The translations under genes and the position numbers were made by a program. The notes under the pieces were generated by a model. It made no database searches. It was given only the letters and a program-made list of their open reading frames with translations, and was not told where the DNA came from. From an uncultured Actinomycetota bacterium (GTDB taxonomy: Bacteria; Actinomycetota; Actinomycetes; Mycobacteriales; Nakamurellaceae), in NCBI GenBank assembly GCA_963784315.1, contig CAWAQR010000001.1:1-24000 (forward strand): 24,000 bases of DNA, read 5' to 3'. Positions 11,283-20,027 of this stretch are shown one piece after another; positions within the stretch are counted from its first letter, which is position 1; each line of letters starts with the position of its first letter.

Positions 11283-12227
11283 TCAAACGGTCAGCTCGGC
11301 CGGCGGCTGGGCTGTGATCTGAGAGTAGAACGCATCCTCCAGTTCGGCGGGTGGGATGTCGCCGCAGTACTCGTAGAGGCGCCGGTGGTTGAACCAGTCG
11401 ACCCATTCGGCGGTGGCGATCTCGACCTGGCCGAGGGTGCGCCATGGGCCTCGGGGCTTGATCAGCTCGGTCTTGTACAGGCCGTTGATGGTCTCGGCGA
11501 GGGCGTTGTCGTAGCTGTCACCGACGGACCCTACCGACGCTGCCAGCCCGGCCAGCTCGAGCCGCTGCGTGTACCTGACAGAGGTGTACTGGGATCCGCG
11601 ATCATTATGTGCCACAACATCTTTCAGATCAGCATTGGTGCGGAGCCGGGTCCAGATCGCTTGCTCCATGGCGTCCAGGACGAGCTGCGTCGTCATCGTC
11701 GACCCGGCCCGCCACCCCAGGATCCGGCGGGCGTAGGCGTCAGTCACGAACGCCACGTACACCCACCCCGACCATGTCGACACGTACGTGATGTCGGCTA
11801 CCCAAAGCCGGTCCGGGGCGATCGGCCGGAAGTTCCGCAGCGCCAGATCCCGGGCCCGTTCCGCCGCCGGATCGGCGATCGTGGTGCGCTTCACCGTGCC
11901 GCGGCGGGCACCGACCAGGCCCATTCCGGCCATCAGTCGCTCCACGGTGCAGCGGGCCACCGCAGTGCCTTCCCGGTTCAGCTGCAACCACACCTTTCGG
12001 GCGCCGTAGACACCGAAGTTGTCGGCGTGGACCCGGCGGATCAGCGGCTTGAGCTCCTCATCGCGGAGTTCCCGGCCGCTGGGCCGCCGTCCGACGGTGT
12101 CGTAGTACGTCGATGGGGCGATCTTCACACCGTGCTCGGTCAGCACACTGCAGATCGACTCGACACCCCACCGCAACCCGCCTTCGACGCGAGAGTCCTT
12201 GTGCTCATTGATGAATCGGACAATCAC
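11283..12227 (-). CDS. IS3-family transposase OrfB (DDE integrase core), -1 frame relative to OrfA
   Basis: YGARKVWLQLNREG...RLWVADITYVSTWSGWVYVAFVTDAYARRILGW...HNDRGSQYTS...GSVGDSYDNALAETINGLYKTELI. The GTGA overlap with the orfA stop is at 12224-12227. The orfB frame stays open upstream through a TTTTC run. Confidence 0.9.
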   Translation of the reverse strand: MIVRFINEHKDSRVEGGLRWGVESICSVLTEHGVKIAPSTYYDTVGRRPSGRELRDEELKPLIRRVHADNFGVYGARKVWLQLNREGTAVARCTVERLMAGMGLVGARRGTVKRTTIADPAAERARDLALRNFRPIAPDRLWVADITYVSTWSGWVYVAFVTDAYARRILGWRAGSTMTTQLVLDAMEQAIWTRLRTNADLKDVVAHNDRGSQYTSVRYTQRLELAGLAASVGSVGDSYDNALAETINGLYKTELIKPRGPWRTLGQVEIATAEWVDWFNHRRLYEYCGDIPPAELEDAFYSQITAQPPAELTV

Positions 12228-12550
12228 CGCTGTGGCCGGTCGAGCTCGGCCGCGAAGAAAATTGACGCTGCCTTCAAAATCGCGTTCGCCCGTTTCAGCT
12301 CAGCGACCTCCCGCTTGAGCCGGCGGACCTCCGCCGATTCCTCCGACGAAGTACCCGCCCGGGCGCCGGCATCGACCTCGGCCCGACGCACCCAGTTCCG
12401 CACCGTCTCCGACGACCCGACACCCAACAACTGGGCCACCCGGACCATCGCAGCCCACTCCGACTCGTGCTCCGGCATGATCTCCGCGACCATCCGAACC
12501 GCCCGCTCCTTCACCTCCGGCGGGTACCTCCTGGTGGTGTTCCCTGACAT
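12224..12550 (-). CDS. IS3-family transposase OrfA (HTH)
   Basis: MSGNTTRRYPPEVKERAVRMV...VAQLLGVGSSETVRNWVRRAEVD...LKRENAILKAASIFFAAELD-type sequence, which is the typical IS3 OrfA leucine-zipper end. Confidence 0.9.
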   Translation of the reverse strand: MSGNTTRRYPPEVKERAVRMVAEIMPEHESEWAAMVRVAQLLGVGSSETVRNWVRRAEVDAGARAGTSSEESAEVRRLKREVAELKRANAILKAASIFFAAELDRPQR

Positions 12551-12574
12551 GACTCCAACCCTCTCAAGGTTCAG

Positions 12575-12601
12575 AGTCTCCGGACATGCCGGGGGGATTC
12601 A
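12575..12601. repeat. IS3 terminal inverted repeat (orfA-side end)
   Basis: See the partner repeat at 11253-11279. Confidence 0.85.
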
Positions 12602-13216
12602 GTGAAGGACGTCCTGATCGTGTGCTGCGACGGGCTGACCGGGTTCCCCGAGGCGATCGAGGCGACCTGGCCGAACACCACCGTGCAGACCTGCACAGTC
12701 CATCTGATCCGGTCGTCGATGCGGTTTGTGTCCGACACCGACCGGCGCGCCGTCGTCGCGGAGTTGAAGAAGATCTACACCGCGCCGACCGTGGACGCCG
12801 CCGAGACTGCGCTGCTGGAGCTCGCCGAGTCCGACCTGGGCCGCAAGTACCCGGCGTGTGTGCGGGCCTGGCAGGACGCGTGGGAACGGTTCATCCCGTT
12901 CCTGGCGTTCCCGTGGCCGGTCCGCAAGATCATTTACACCACGAACGCGATCGAGTCGTTGAACTACCAGTTGCGGAAGATCATCAAGAACCGGGGTCAT
13001 TTCCCGAACGACGACGCGGTGATCAAGCTGCTCTGGCTCGCGATCCGCGACATCGAGGACAAACGGGCCCGGGACCGGCTCGCGGAGAAGGGTGTCAGGA
13101 AGGGTCGTAAAGCCGAGGGCCGGCTCGTCGAGGGACACGTCACGACCGGGTGGAAAGCCGCTCTCGGGGCGCTCACACTTGCCTACGGCGACCGCATCAC
13201 CAGCAAGATCAACTAG
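12602..13216 (+). pseudogene. IS256-family (Mutator-type) transposase, C-terminal half only; the element remnant extends to about 13265
   Basis: The sequence starts mid-protein immediately after the IS3 end: KDVLIVCCDGLTGFPEAIEATWPNTTVQTCTVHLIRS...KYPACVRAWQDAWERFIPFLAFPWPVRKIIYTTNAIESLNYQLRKIIKNRGHFPNDDAVIKLLWLA. No 5' half is present in the window. Confidence 0.85.
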
Positions 13217-13265
13217 CAAGATCAAAAAGAAAGTGGCCGGCTCTTACACAGGAAACTTGACAAGC

Positions 13266-13607
13266 TCCGCATCGGGCGCAGACCCCACGACGGTAGGCCT
13301 CGCCCTCCAAACCGCATCCACTGCAATGGAAGTCGATCCGGATGCCGGCGCAGTCGGCGCAGGCCGGTCCTCCCGGCGCGCTGGGCGGGCCGGGTAGCAG
13401 GCGGTGCTGTCCGCAGCCGAGGCAGGTGCCGTGGGTGCGGGTTGCGGTGGTGAAGCAGGTGCCGCAGATCCGGCCTTCGGGCCAGTTGGCTCGGTGTTTG
13501 CCTGCTGCCCGTCCGCAACGCGCGCAGGTGAACTCGCCGGCGGCGCGTGGTCGTCCTCGGGTGGTGTTGCGTGGCCGGAGCGCAGTGGGGGACTCAGTTG
13601 TCGTCAT
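13266..13607 (-). pseudogene. Cys-rich (six CxxC pairs) zinc-ribbon N-terminal fragment, truncated by the IS256 end; possibly the N-terminus of a second large recombinase
   Basis: MTTTESP...FTCARCGRAAGKHRANWPEGRICGTCF...GTCLGCGQHRLLPG...PACADCAGIRIDFHCSGCGLEGEAYRRGVCARC. The remainder of the ORF reads into the IS256 terminal sequence. The ATG at 13607 overlaps the upstream HTH gene by 14 nt. Confidence 0.55.
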
Positions 13608-13932
13608 CGACGATCCGGGCGCGGAGTGGGCGGACGCTGCGGTTGAGCTGCACGACGTTCGGTGCCGCGGCGACGGCGGTCTTCTTGGTGCGGGCGTCGG
13701 CCGCTGTGACGGTGATGAGGTCGTCGGGGCCGCAGTCGAAGATGTCGCAGATCGCGGAGATGAGTTGCAGTGCAACGCGTTCGGGTCGCTGGTTGACCAG
13801 CCGGTAAACCTGGGGCCGGGACAGGACGATGCCGCGCTCGGCGAGCAGCGGAATCAGCTCGGTGGTGGTGTGCATCCCGCGGGCGGCCATCAGCTCGGCC
13901 AGCCGCCAGGTGTAGTCGACGACGCGCTTCAC
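13594..13932 (-). CDS. Small HTH (XRE/Cro-like) DNA-binding protein
   Basis: The GTG at 13932 overlaps the integrase stop (GTGA). The sequence reads [73 protein letters not shown]. Confidence 0.7.
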   Translation of the reverse strand: MKRVVDYTWRLAELMAARGMHTTTELIPLLAERGIVLSRPQVYRLVNQRPERVALQLISAICDIFDCGPDDLITVTAADARTKKTAVAAAPNVVQLNRSVRPLRARIVDDDN

Positions 13933-15033
13933 GCTTTCCCTCCGGCGCCGAGGTCGAGTGCTTCGTCGACGGTGCGGTTCAGCGCCGCCCGGAGGGTGGC
14001 GTTGCGGAAGTCGTCGCTGACGAATTGGTAGATCCCTGTGGTCGAGGCGTACTCGTGGCCCATCTGGTGTTGCACGAACCGCGGGTCCCAGCCGGCTTCC
14101 AGCAGATGCGTTGCGTAGGAGCGCCGCAGGGAGTGCAGGTCCAGACCGGGGTCCGAGACTGAGTTCGTCGCAGTAGCGGCGTAACCGGCGCAGCAGGGTG
14201 GACTCGACCACCAGTCCGCCGCGTTCGCTGGGGAACAGGTCCAACGTGTCCAGGGGGCCGCGCCCGTTGCTCAGCCAGTCCTGCAGCACCCCCGGCGTCC
14301 AGGTGAAGACGGTCAGGACGCTGCGCGGCTTGTGCGGCGAAGACCGCCGGGCCTTGCCATACCGGACCTTGCAGACGCCGAACCGGCCGAACTGCCGCGC
14401 ATGTGGGTTGCCGGCGAAGTCGACGGTCTGCAGGTGTCGGAGCTCGTTGAACCGCAGCCCGTAGGAGTAGGCGACCTTGAGCATCGCCGCGTCGCGGTAG
14501 GCAGCCTGCCAGCCCTTCCGCGCGGTGCCGGCGATCCGTTCGACGTCATCATCGGCATGGTCGAACAGTCGTTGCAGCTCCCGGGGAGTGAAGGGCCGCT
14601 TCCGCGGCTGAGCCTCGAACTCCTCGACGTGCGGGGCGGTGTTCCAATCGAAGAACACCTGGGCAGGGTGGGTGCCGAACAGTTGCTCGCAGACCTGATC
14701 CCAGCCGTAGTCCGGGGTGCTGACGTAGCTGTTGAACTGCCGCAGCGCCGATTGCTGCCCGCGTAGCGACGCGTGACTCAGCTTCTTGATCGACCGCAGG
14801 TCGCCGAAGTACTCCTCGACCAGGGCAGGGGTCCACCGCCACGGGAACTCGTTGACGTGGTCGACGAACCGCCGGACCACCCGGATCCGCTGTTCGACCG
14901 TGGAGAATTGGAGATTGCGACACAGTTGCTGGTTCCGCCAGCCCTCGAGCATCTCCTCGAGCATCTGCTGCTCCGGATGTAGCAGTGGAACCGAGCCCAC
15001 CAGACGCACACGGCCCGCCGCGTCGACCACCAT
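13929..15033 (-). pseudogene. Tyrosine recombinase/integrase with a single frameshift in a G4 run (14157-14160)
   Basis: The N-terminal 288 codons lie in one frame (LLHPEQQMLEEMLEGWRNQQLCRNL...[14 protein letters not shown]). The catalytic C-terminus lies in another frame ([46 protein letters not shown]...*), carrying the R, H..R and Y motifs. The length of 1105 nt is not a multiple of 3. Confidence 0.85.
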
Positions 15034-15382
15034 GAGCCCTCCAACAGCTGCCTCACTAGTTGAATCAATGATGCACCCGACGAATCAACAGCACAACGCC
15101 GCAGGTCATAGACTTGCGCTCAGCCCACCTCACGCAGGGCCAGAGCGCCCGACGGGAACCCGAACGGCACGTGACGCAGTTATGAGCACAGAGATTGCAG
15201 GTCAGGCCCATCCGAAGCGGGAGTCACCGGGCTCAGCGGGGAGGACGGCACTGATTCATCCACTGCAATACGCAGACTACAGCTTTACATAATGTCGATT
15301 ATCGGCATATCCAGCTGACGCTGGAGTGACCGTACCGCCGGCACCCACTGCCAGTCGCGCACGCGCAGCGCGGTGCGCTCCG

Positions 15383-15414
15383 CACGAGGTCTGCCAACCA
15401 CGAGGTCTGCCAAC
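15383..15414. repeat. Perfect tandem duplication, 2 x 16 bp (CACGAGGTCTGCCAAC)
   Basis: Positions 15383-15398 and 15399-15414 are identical. Confidence 0.9.
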
Positions 15415-15615
15415 ACTGTCGCACAGGTCGTGACGACAGGTTTCCAGCGAACCGCCCCCGACGACACAGGCGGCACCGACGCAATGCCGAACACTCACCG
15501 GCAGTCCAGAACGCAATGACCGACCGGGCTGCGGATCGACCAGCGTCACCGCCGATCGAATACCGCACCGGTTCCGCCACCGCCCAGTGCGAAATCCGTG
15601 CCCCCCACACGCACC

Positions 15616-15638
15616 CGTTTCGTCACAGTGACGAAACG
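15616..15638. repeat. Perfect 23-bp palindrome CGTTTCGTCAC-A-GTGACGAAACG; either an operator or a terminator for the gene ending at 15711
   Basis: The 11-bp arms are exact reverse complements around A15627. The palindrome lies 73 bp downstream of the minus-strand gene's stop. Its function is unknown. Confidence 0.6.
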
Positions 15639-15710
15639 ATGTGACCTGTTCCGCCTCTCAAATGCGCCATCTACTGCAAGCGAAATGCAAACCTACGATC
15701 CCGGCGGTTG

Positions 15711-16682
15711 TCAGCGGTTCGACAGCGGCTGGTTCCCGAGGCCGACCACCGTCACGGTGAGTGGGTCGGCACCGGTGGTTTCGACGAAGCACAACGGCCT
15801 CGCCAACGAGACGTAGCTGGCGTCGTTGTACGCGGTGTCGCCAGGCCGGTGGACACCAACGAGGTCGGGCTGCAACGGTTCAACGTGGACCTCGAGTGCA
15901 CCCTGGTACGTCGAGTCATCGGCCCAGGTCATCGCCCGCACCAGGTACAGGCAGCTGATCCGCAGCACGTCCGGCGTCGGCAGACCCACCCACCGCCCCT
16001 GAGCGTCGAACACAGACGACAGTCGGAACGCACCGAGGACCTCGATGTGGTGGGGCTTGTCGCAGGTCGTCCAACGGCTCCGCTCGGGCGCTGACCTGCT
16101 GGGTAGACACGCGGTCACCTTCCCATCTGCCCGCGAATGTCCCAGACCACCGCGGACGGAACCCCGGAAGGGCTCCCTGTCGGCCGCCTGGACGACGCAG
16201 GCCAGCCAACCCGTGTCGCCAACCCGTTCCCCGGGCGGTGCCGCCACCAGCCGCGTCCCGACCGCCGGCTCTGTCGGCAACCAGATGCCCCAGTGGTCGG
16301 CCTGTCCCGCCTTGGTGTAGTCACTTCGAGCGTCCACACAGACCTGCGGAGCATCGATGCCGGAGCTGGTCGCGGCGACCTCGGCAAACGAGGGCATGGG
16401 AAGGGCCACGAGGCCCCGCTCCCATGCACGGGTCACCTCGGCATTGTGCGGCTCATCGCAGGAGGCGACCCGCTGCACCTGCGCGGCGTCCAACATGAGA
16501 CACAACCCCGGTTCCGGCGCGACCGGTACTGGAACGGGCTGGGCCCGACCGACGACGTCGGTGTTGTTGATCGCGGGCGCGGCCAGGACGAGGACGAACA
16601 CCGTCAACAGCACGGCGATCCCCGTGACAGGTCGCCTGCGTCTCGGTGTCGGTCCTGCAGTCGGATCGGTCGTCGTCACCAC
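15711..16682 (-). CDS. Membrane-anchored secreted protein, septum-formation-family-like
   Basis: The 323-codon ORF is uninterrupted. It has an N-terminal RRRR plus hydrophobic anchor (VTGIAVLLTVFVLVLAAP). The C..PH..EV motif occurs twice (SCDEPHNAEV, TCDKPHHIEV). Confidence 0.7.
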   Translation of the reverse strand: MVTTTDPTAGPTPRRRRPVTGIAVLLTVFVLVLAAPAINNTDVVGRAQPVPVPVAPEPGLCLMLDAAQVQRVASCDEPHNAEVTRAWERGLVALPMPSFAEVAATSSGIDAPQVCVDARSDYTKAGQADHWGIWLPTEPAVGTRLVAAPPGERVGDTGWLACVVQAADREPFRGSVRGGLGHSRADGKVTACLPSRSAPERSRWTTCDKPHHIEVLGAFRLSSVFDAQGRWVGLPTPDVLRISCLYLVRAMTWADDSTYQGALEVHVEPLQPDLVGVHRPGDTAYNDASYVSLARPLCFVETTGADPLTVTVVGLGNQPLSNR

Positions 16683-16860
16683 CCCACAGCTTCACCGGCG
16701 CTCGTAGCGACAAGGGTATGACCGCTGAGCACCCCGACGCCACGGCAGCCCCCCGATCAGCCCAACGATCAAAAGCGGGACGCCACCGGCATCCGGCCTG
16801 CGCCGCACCGGCCCCGACGCGGGGACGACCCAGCTATGGGGCGCCGCCTCGATTGCCGCC

Positions 16861-17715
16861 TTGCCCACGCCCGCACTTCGGTGGACCATCGGACTCATGG
16901 CTGTGCATCTCGGCAAGTACCTGTCCACGCTCGCCTCCGAACTCCGGTATCAGCCTGCCCTGAAGAACGTCACGGCGAAACTGGGCGACGTCACCGTCGT
17001 CGACACCCGCCGCGCGGTCCTCGTTTGGGAGCCGAGCCGAGTCGTTCCCGCCTACGCAGTACCGGAGTCCAGCATCACTGCCGAACTCCTACCGGCGGAC
17101 GACGAGCCGGTACCTGCATACCGCTCGGTGGGATTCGGTGACGAACAGGTCCTCGATCCGTCGATTCCCTTCGCCGTGCACACCGCATCGGGTGACCGCT
17201 TGGCCGTCCGCGCCGAAGGCCGTCGTGGTGCGGCGTTCCGACTGCACGACCCCGAACTGACCGGTTACGTGGTGCTCGATTTCGGCTCCTTCAGCTGGTG
17301 GGAGGAGGACGAACGGCTGATGGGTCATCCCCGTGATCCGTTTCACCGCATCGATGTGCTGCGGTCCTCGCGGGACGTTCGCATCTCTCTCGGCACACAA
17401 CTGTTGGCGCACAGCACTACTGCGCAGGTGCTGTTCGAAGCGATCATGCCGATGCCACGGTTCTACCTCCCACGAACGGACCTGACCGTCGAACTGCAGC
17501 CCAGCGACACCAGGACGGTGTGTGCCTACAAGGGCGTCGCGACCCACTACTCGATCCAACTGGGCGACCGTCAGTTGACTGACATCGCCTGGTCCTACGA
17601 CAACCCCCTGCACGACGGCGAGCCTGTCGCAGGACTGGTCTGCCTCTACCAGGAGCGGCTGGACGTCGAGGTCGACGGCGAGGCGATGGTTCGTCCGATC
17701 ACCCCGTGGTCCTGA
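16861..17715 (+). CDS. Tandem DUF427-domain protein (alternative start at 16897)
   Basis: The C-terminal half is canonical DUF427: HPRDPFHRIDVLRSSRDVRISLG...RFYLPRTDL...VCAYKGVATHYSI...IAWSYDNPLHDGEPVAGLVCLYQERLDVEVDGE. The N-terminal half is a diverged second copy. Confidence 0.8.
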   Translation: MPTPALRWTIGLMAVHLGKYLSTLASELRYQPALKNVTAKLGDVTVVDTRRAVLVWEPSRVVPAYAVPESSITAELLPADDEPVPAYRSVGFGDEQVLDPSIPFAVHTASGDRLAVRAEGRRGAAFRLHDPELTGYVVLDFGSFSWWEEDERLMGHPRDPFHRIDVLRSSRDVRISLGTQLLAHSTTAQVLFEAIMPMPRFYLPRTDLTVELQPSDTRTVCAYKGVATHYSIQLGDRQLTDIAWSYDNPLHDGEPVAGLVCLYQERLDVEVDGEAMVRPITPWS

Positions 17716-17818
17716 ATGCCGGCGGGCCGGCGACACCCGCACGGCAGCACACCGCCGACTCTCCAGAGTTGCGCCGGGTATCGTTGCGCCCCATGCACAC
17801 TCGGCACGCCCGGCACCC

Positions 17819-18709
17819 ATGGGTGTGAAGAACGGGCCGAGCCTGACCAGCCGACTGATGCCGACCCTGTTGCGGCTGCACCGGTCCAAGGCGATCTACT
17901 CCTCGGTCGCGGCGACCCGCGCCCACCTCGACGATCTCGCCTCGAACCCGGCGGGTTGGCAGCCGCCGGACCGGCTGCGTCGACTCGTCAGGGTGACGCT
18001 GAGAACTGTCGCCGGTTGGCCGGTGTACCGCCTGACCCCACGCGGAGCCGTCGCCCCGGGCACCGTCGTCTACCTGCACGGCGGGGCCTGGATCCACGAG
18101 ATTACCGACCGGCAATGGATGTTCGCCGCCCGAATGGCGGCAAGGGCAGGCCGGACGGTGGTGGTCCCGATCTATCCGCTGGCTCCGTTCGGCCACACTG
18201 CCCACGTGATCGACGCCACCACCGATCTCGTGGAATCGATACCGGGACCTGTTGCCCTGCTGGGGGACTCGGCCGGCGCCACGATCGCGGTGGCCGTCGC
18301 GGTGGCGCTGCGCGACCGTGGCACCCGAGCCGACCGACTGGTGCTGGTCTCCCCCGCTTTCGACCTCGCCTTCACCGACCCGGAGCTCGCCCGGATCGCC
18401 CGGACCGATCCGTGGCTGTCCCCGGAAGGACTGGTGCTGGCCGCCGACCTGTGGCGGCGGGACCTGCCCGTCGAGGACCCGCGGGTGAGTCCGTTGCACG
18501 CGGACCTGCGCGGGCTGCCGCCGGTGACCCTCTTCACCGGCACCAGGGACATCATGAACGCCGACGCCCACGCATTCCGCCGTCGGGCCGAGGCCACCGG
18601 CACCCGGCTCGTCTGGCACGAAGCCCCCGGCATGATCCACGACTACCCCTTGCTGCCAACGCCGGAAGGCCGGCGGGCCCGCGCCCTGATCGCCGAGGCG
18701 CTGGAGTAG
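17819..18709 (+). CDS. Alpha/beta hydrolase, hormone-sensitive-lipase-type esterase family
   Basis: It carries the HGG oxyanion motif (VVYLHGGAW) and the nucleophile elbow GDSAGA. The ORF is uninterrupted over 296 codons. Confidence 0.85.
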   Translation: MGVKNGPSLTSRLMPTLLRLHRSKAIYSSVAATRAHLDDLASNPAGWQPPDRLRRLVRVTLRTVAGWPVYRLTPRGAVAPGTVVYLHGGAWIHEITDRQWMFAARMAARAGRTVVVPIYPLAPFGHTAHVIDATTDLVESIPGPVALLGDSAGATIAVAVAVALRDRGTRADRLVLVSPAFDLAFTDPELARIARTDPWLSPEGLVLAADLWRRDLPVEDPRVSPLHADLRGLPPVTLFTGTRDIMNADAHAFRRRAEATGTRLVWHEAPGMIHDYPLLPTPEGRRARALIAEALE

Positions 18710-18846
18710 CCAGGCCGCCGCGGGGCATCACCCGTTCGGCAGGGAGTCGTGCCATCTCGCTGGTGTCACAATTTCGTCAGGGACATTGAATCGCGCCACG
18801 GATGCGGCGCCGGGAAACGATCCTGCGGCTGTCAAGGGAGGAACCC

Positions 18847-19707
18847 ATGGCGCAGCGAGGACGTCATCGGCGCGCGACAGCGACCCCACCGACGCACGCC
18901 GTAGCTGCGATGCTGATGGTCGCAGCGCTGAGTCTGTACGGCTGTTCGAGTCAGAACGCCGCGGTGTCAGATCAGAACGCCACAGTGTCGAGCTTGAGCG
19001 CTGCTCCGACGCAGCCCACTTCCGACGCTGGGCCGACCTCTCCGACCCCAGCCGCCGATACCTCGACCAACACGTCGCGATTTTCACCGAAGACACTCGG
19101 ACCCGACGACGACGTCCCCCCGATCGGGGTGGGCCTGATCCGGCCGGGGCCGCTCCCGGCGGGCGAGTATCGGACGACGTACTTCCCGGCGCAGTTGAGC
19201 GTGACCCTGACCGGCGGTGACTGGACCAGCAACGAGGACAGCACCGGCGAGTTCTCCCTCTCGCTGCCGCACGGGACCAGCACCTCCGACCTGCTGTTCT
19301 GGCAGGACGTCACACCGGTCGAGGCAGACGGCACAGTGACCGCCCCGGTGGGGCCCACCGCCGCCGACCTCGTGACCTGGTTGAGAAACAACGAGGCGCT
19401 CGTCGTCACCGACGAGCCCGACGTCGACGTCGCCGGTCTGAGCGCGAAGGTGGTGGACCTCGATGTCGCGCCGACGGTCGCCACTCATGACCCAGGTTGT
19501 CCGGCACGGGCGTGCGTGTACGTCCTGAGCTATCCGCTGTGGGACGACTCGTGGGCGTTCGCCAGCGGGATGGGCGTCCGGCTCTGGACGTTCGATCGCC
19601 CGGACGGCAACCGGATGGTCGTCGTCGCCCAGACCGAGGACCGGGCGAGCCTGGACGCATTCGCCCCCGAGGTCGACCGGGTCCTGAGTACCGTCACCTT
19701 CGGCTGA
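18847..19707 (+). CDS. Lipoprotein of unknown function
   Basis: The RBS GGGAGG precedes the ATG at 18847. The signal peptide has a lipobox (MLMVAALSLYG-C-SS), followed by a Ser/Thr/Pro/Ala linker. Confidence 0.75.
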   Translation: MAQRGRHRRATATPPTHAVAAMLMVAALSLYGCSSQNAAVSDQNATVSSLSAAPTQPTSDAGPTSPTPAADTSTNTSRFSPKTLGPDDDVPPIGVGLIRPGPLPAGEYRTTYFPAQLSVTLTGGDWTSNEDSTGEFSLSLPHGTSTSDLLFWQDVTPVEADGTVTAPVGPTAADLVTWLRNNEALVVTDEPDVDVAGLSAKVVDLDVAPTVATHDPGCPARACVYVLSYPLWDDSWAFASGMGVRLWTFDRPDGNRMVVVAQTEDRASLDAFAPEVDRVLSTVTFG

Positions 19708-20027
19708 GTTCGACATGGCGGGGCCCCCGCCACGCGCCCGGGGACGCACGGGGCAGGCGATCATCGTCGAGGCCCGCAGGTGAAGGGTCGGGCGCCGAGT
19801 CACCTCGAACCGGCGGCTCAACGACGATCCTGGGACCGAGATCCCGGTGTTCCTCGAGAGCAGTTATTGCTTGGAGCCCGGGGACATTCCGGCGCCCAAC
19901 CACTTCGACCATAACCCCGGCCACCCGCCCGCGCAGGATGAAAAACCGCCCCGATCGAGTCACCGGCGATCACCGACAGAAACCACCCGACACAGACCAC
20001 CGCCGAGAAATCACCGAAGGCGCTTCA

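Larger units (their letters stand above)
11253..12601 (-). mobile_element. IS3-family insertion sequence, apparently complete (1349 bp)
   Basis: The terminal inverted repeats at 11253-11279 and 12575-12601 match at 23 of 27 positions, including a 19-bp perfect core CCCGGCATGTCCGGAGACT. The right end has the TG...CA-type terminus. orfA and orfB overlap in the -1 arrangement. Confidence 0.9.

Noticed and set aside
12251-12262. TTTTC run in the orfA/orfB overlap of IS3, a possible programmed -1 slippery site
   Set aside because: It is not a canonical X-XXY-YYZ heptamer such as A-AAA-AAG. The -1 arrangement is typical of the IS3 family, but I cannot support a specific slip site from sequence alone.
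11241-12605. Plus-strand 454-aa ORF spanning the whole IS3 element
   Set aside because: It is antisense to the unmistakable IS3 orfA/orfB and has no family features.
15383-15414. Tandem repeats here and at 20028-20066, considered as possible CRISPR or minisatellite arrays
   Set aside because: There are only 2-3 units, the units are contiguous without spacers, and no cas genes are present. I report them as simple repeats instead.
15277-15610. Three overlapping minus-strand ORFs (69-103 aa) in the non-coding stretch next to the integrase
   Set aside because: They overlap one another, have no RBS or start context and no recognisable domains, and are Cys/Arg-rich in a way that looks like random translation.
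15712-15730. GGTTCGA string near the recombinase region, a possible tRNA T-loop or att remnant
   Set aside because: The flanking bases cannot form a T-stem or any cloverleaf. The string also lies inside the 3' end of the 15711-16682 coding sequence. I found no tRNA-like sequence elsewhere in the window by eye.
17699-18789. 313-aa minus ORF and 357-aa plus ORF overlapping the alpha/beta hydrolase gene
   Set aside because: They are off-frame or antisense Arg/Pro/Gly-rich translations. The 17819-18709 frame carries the HGG and GDSAG motifs.
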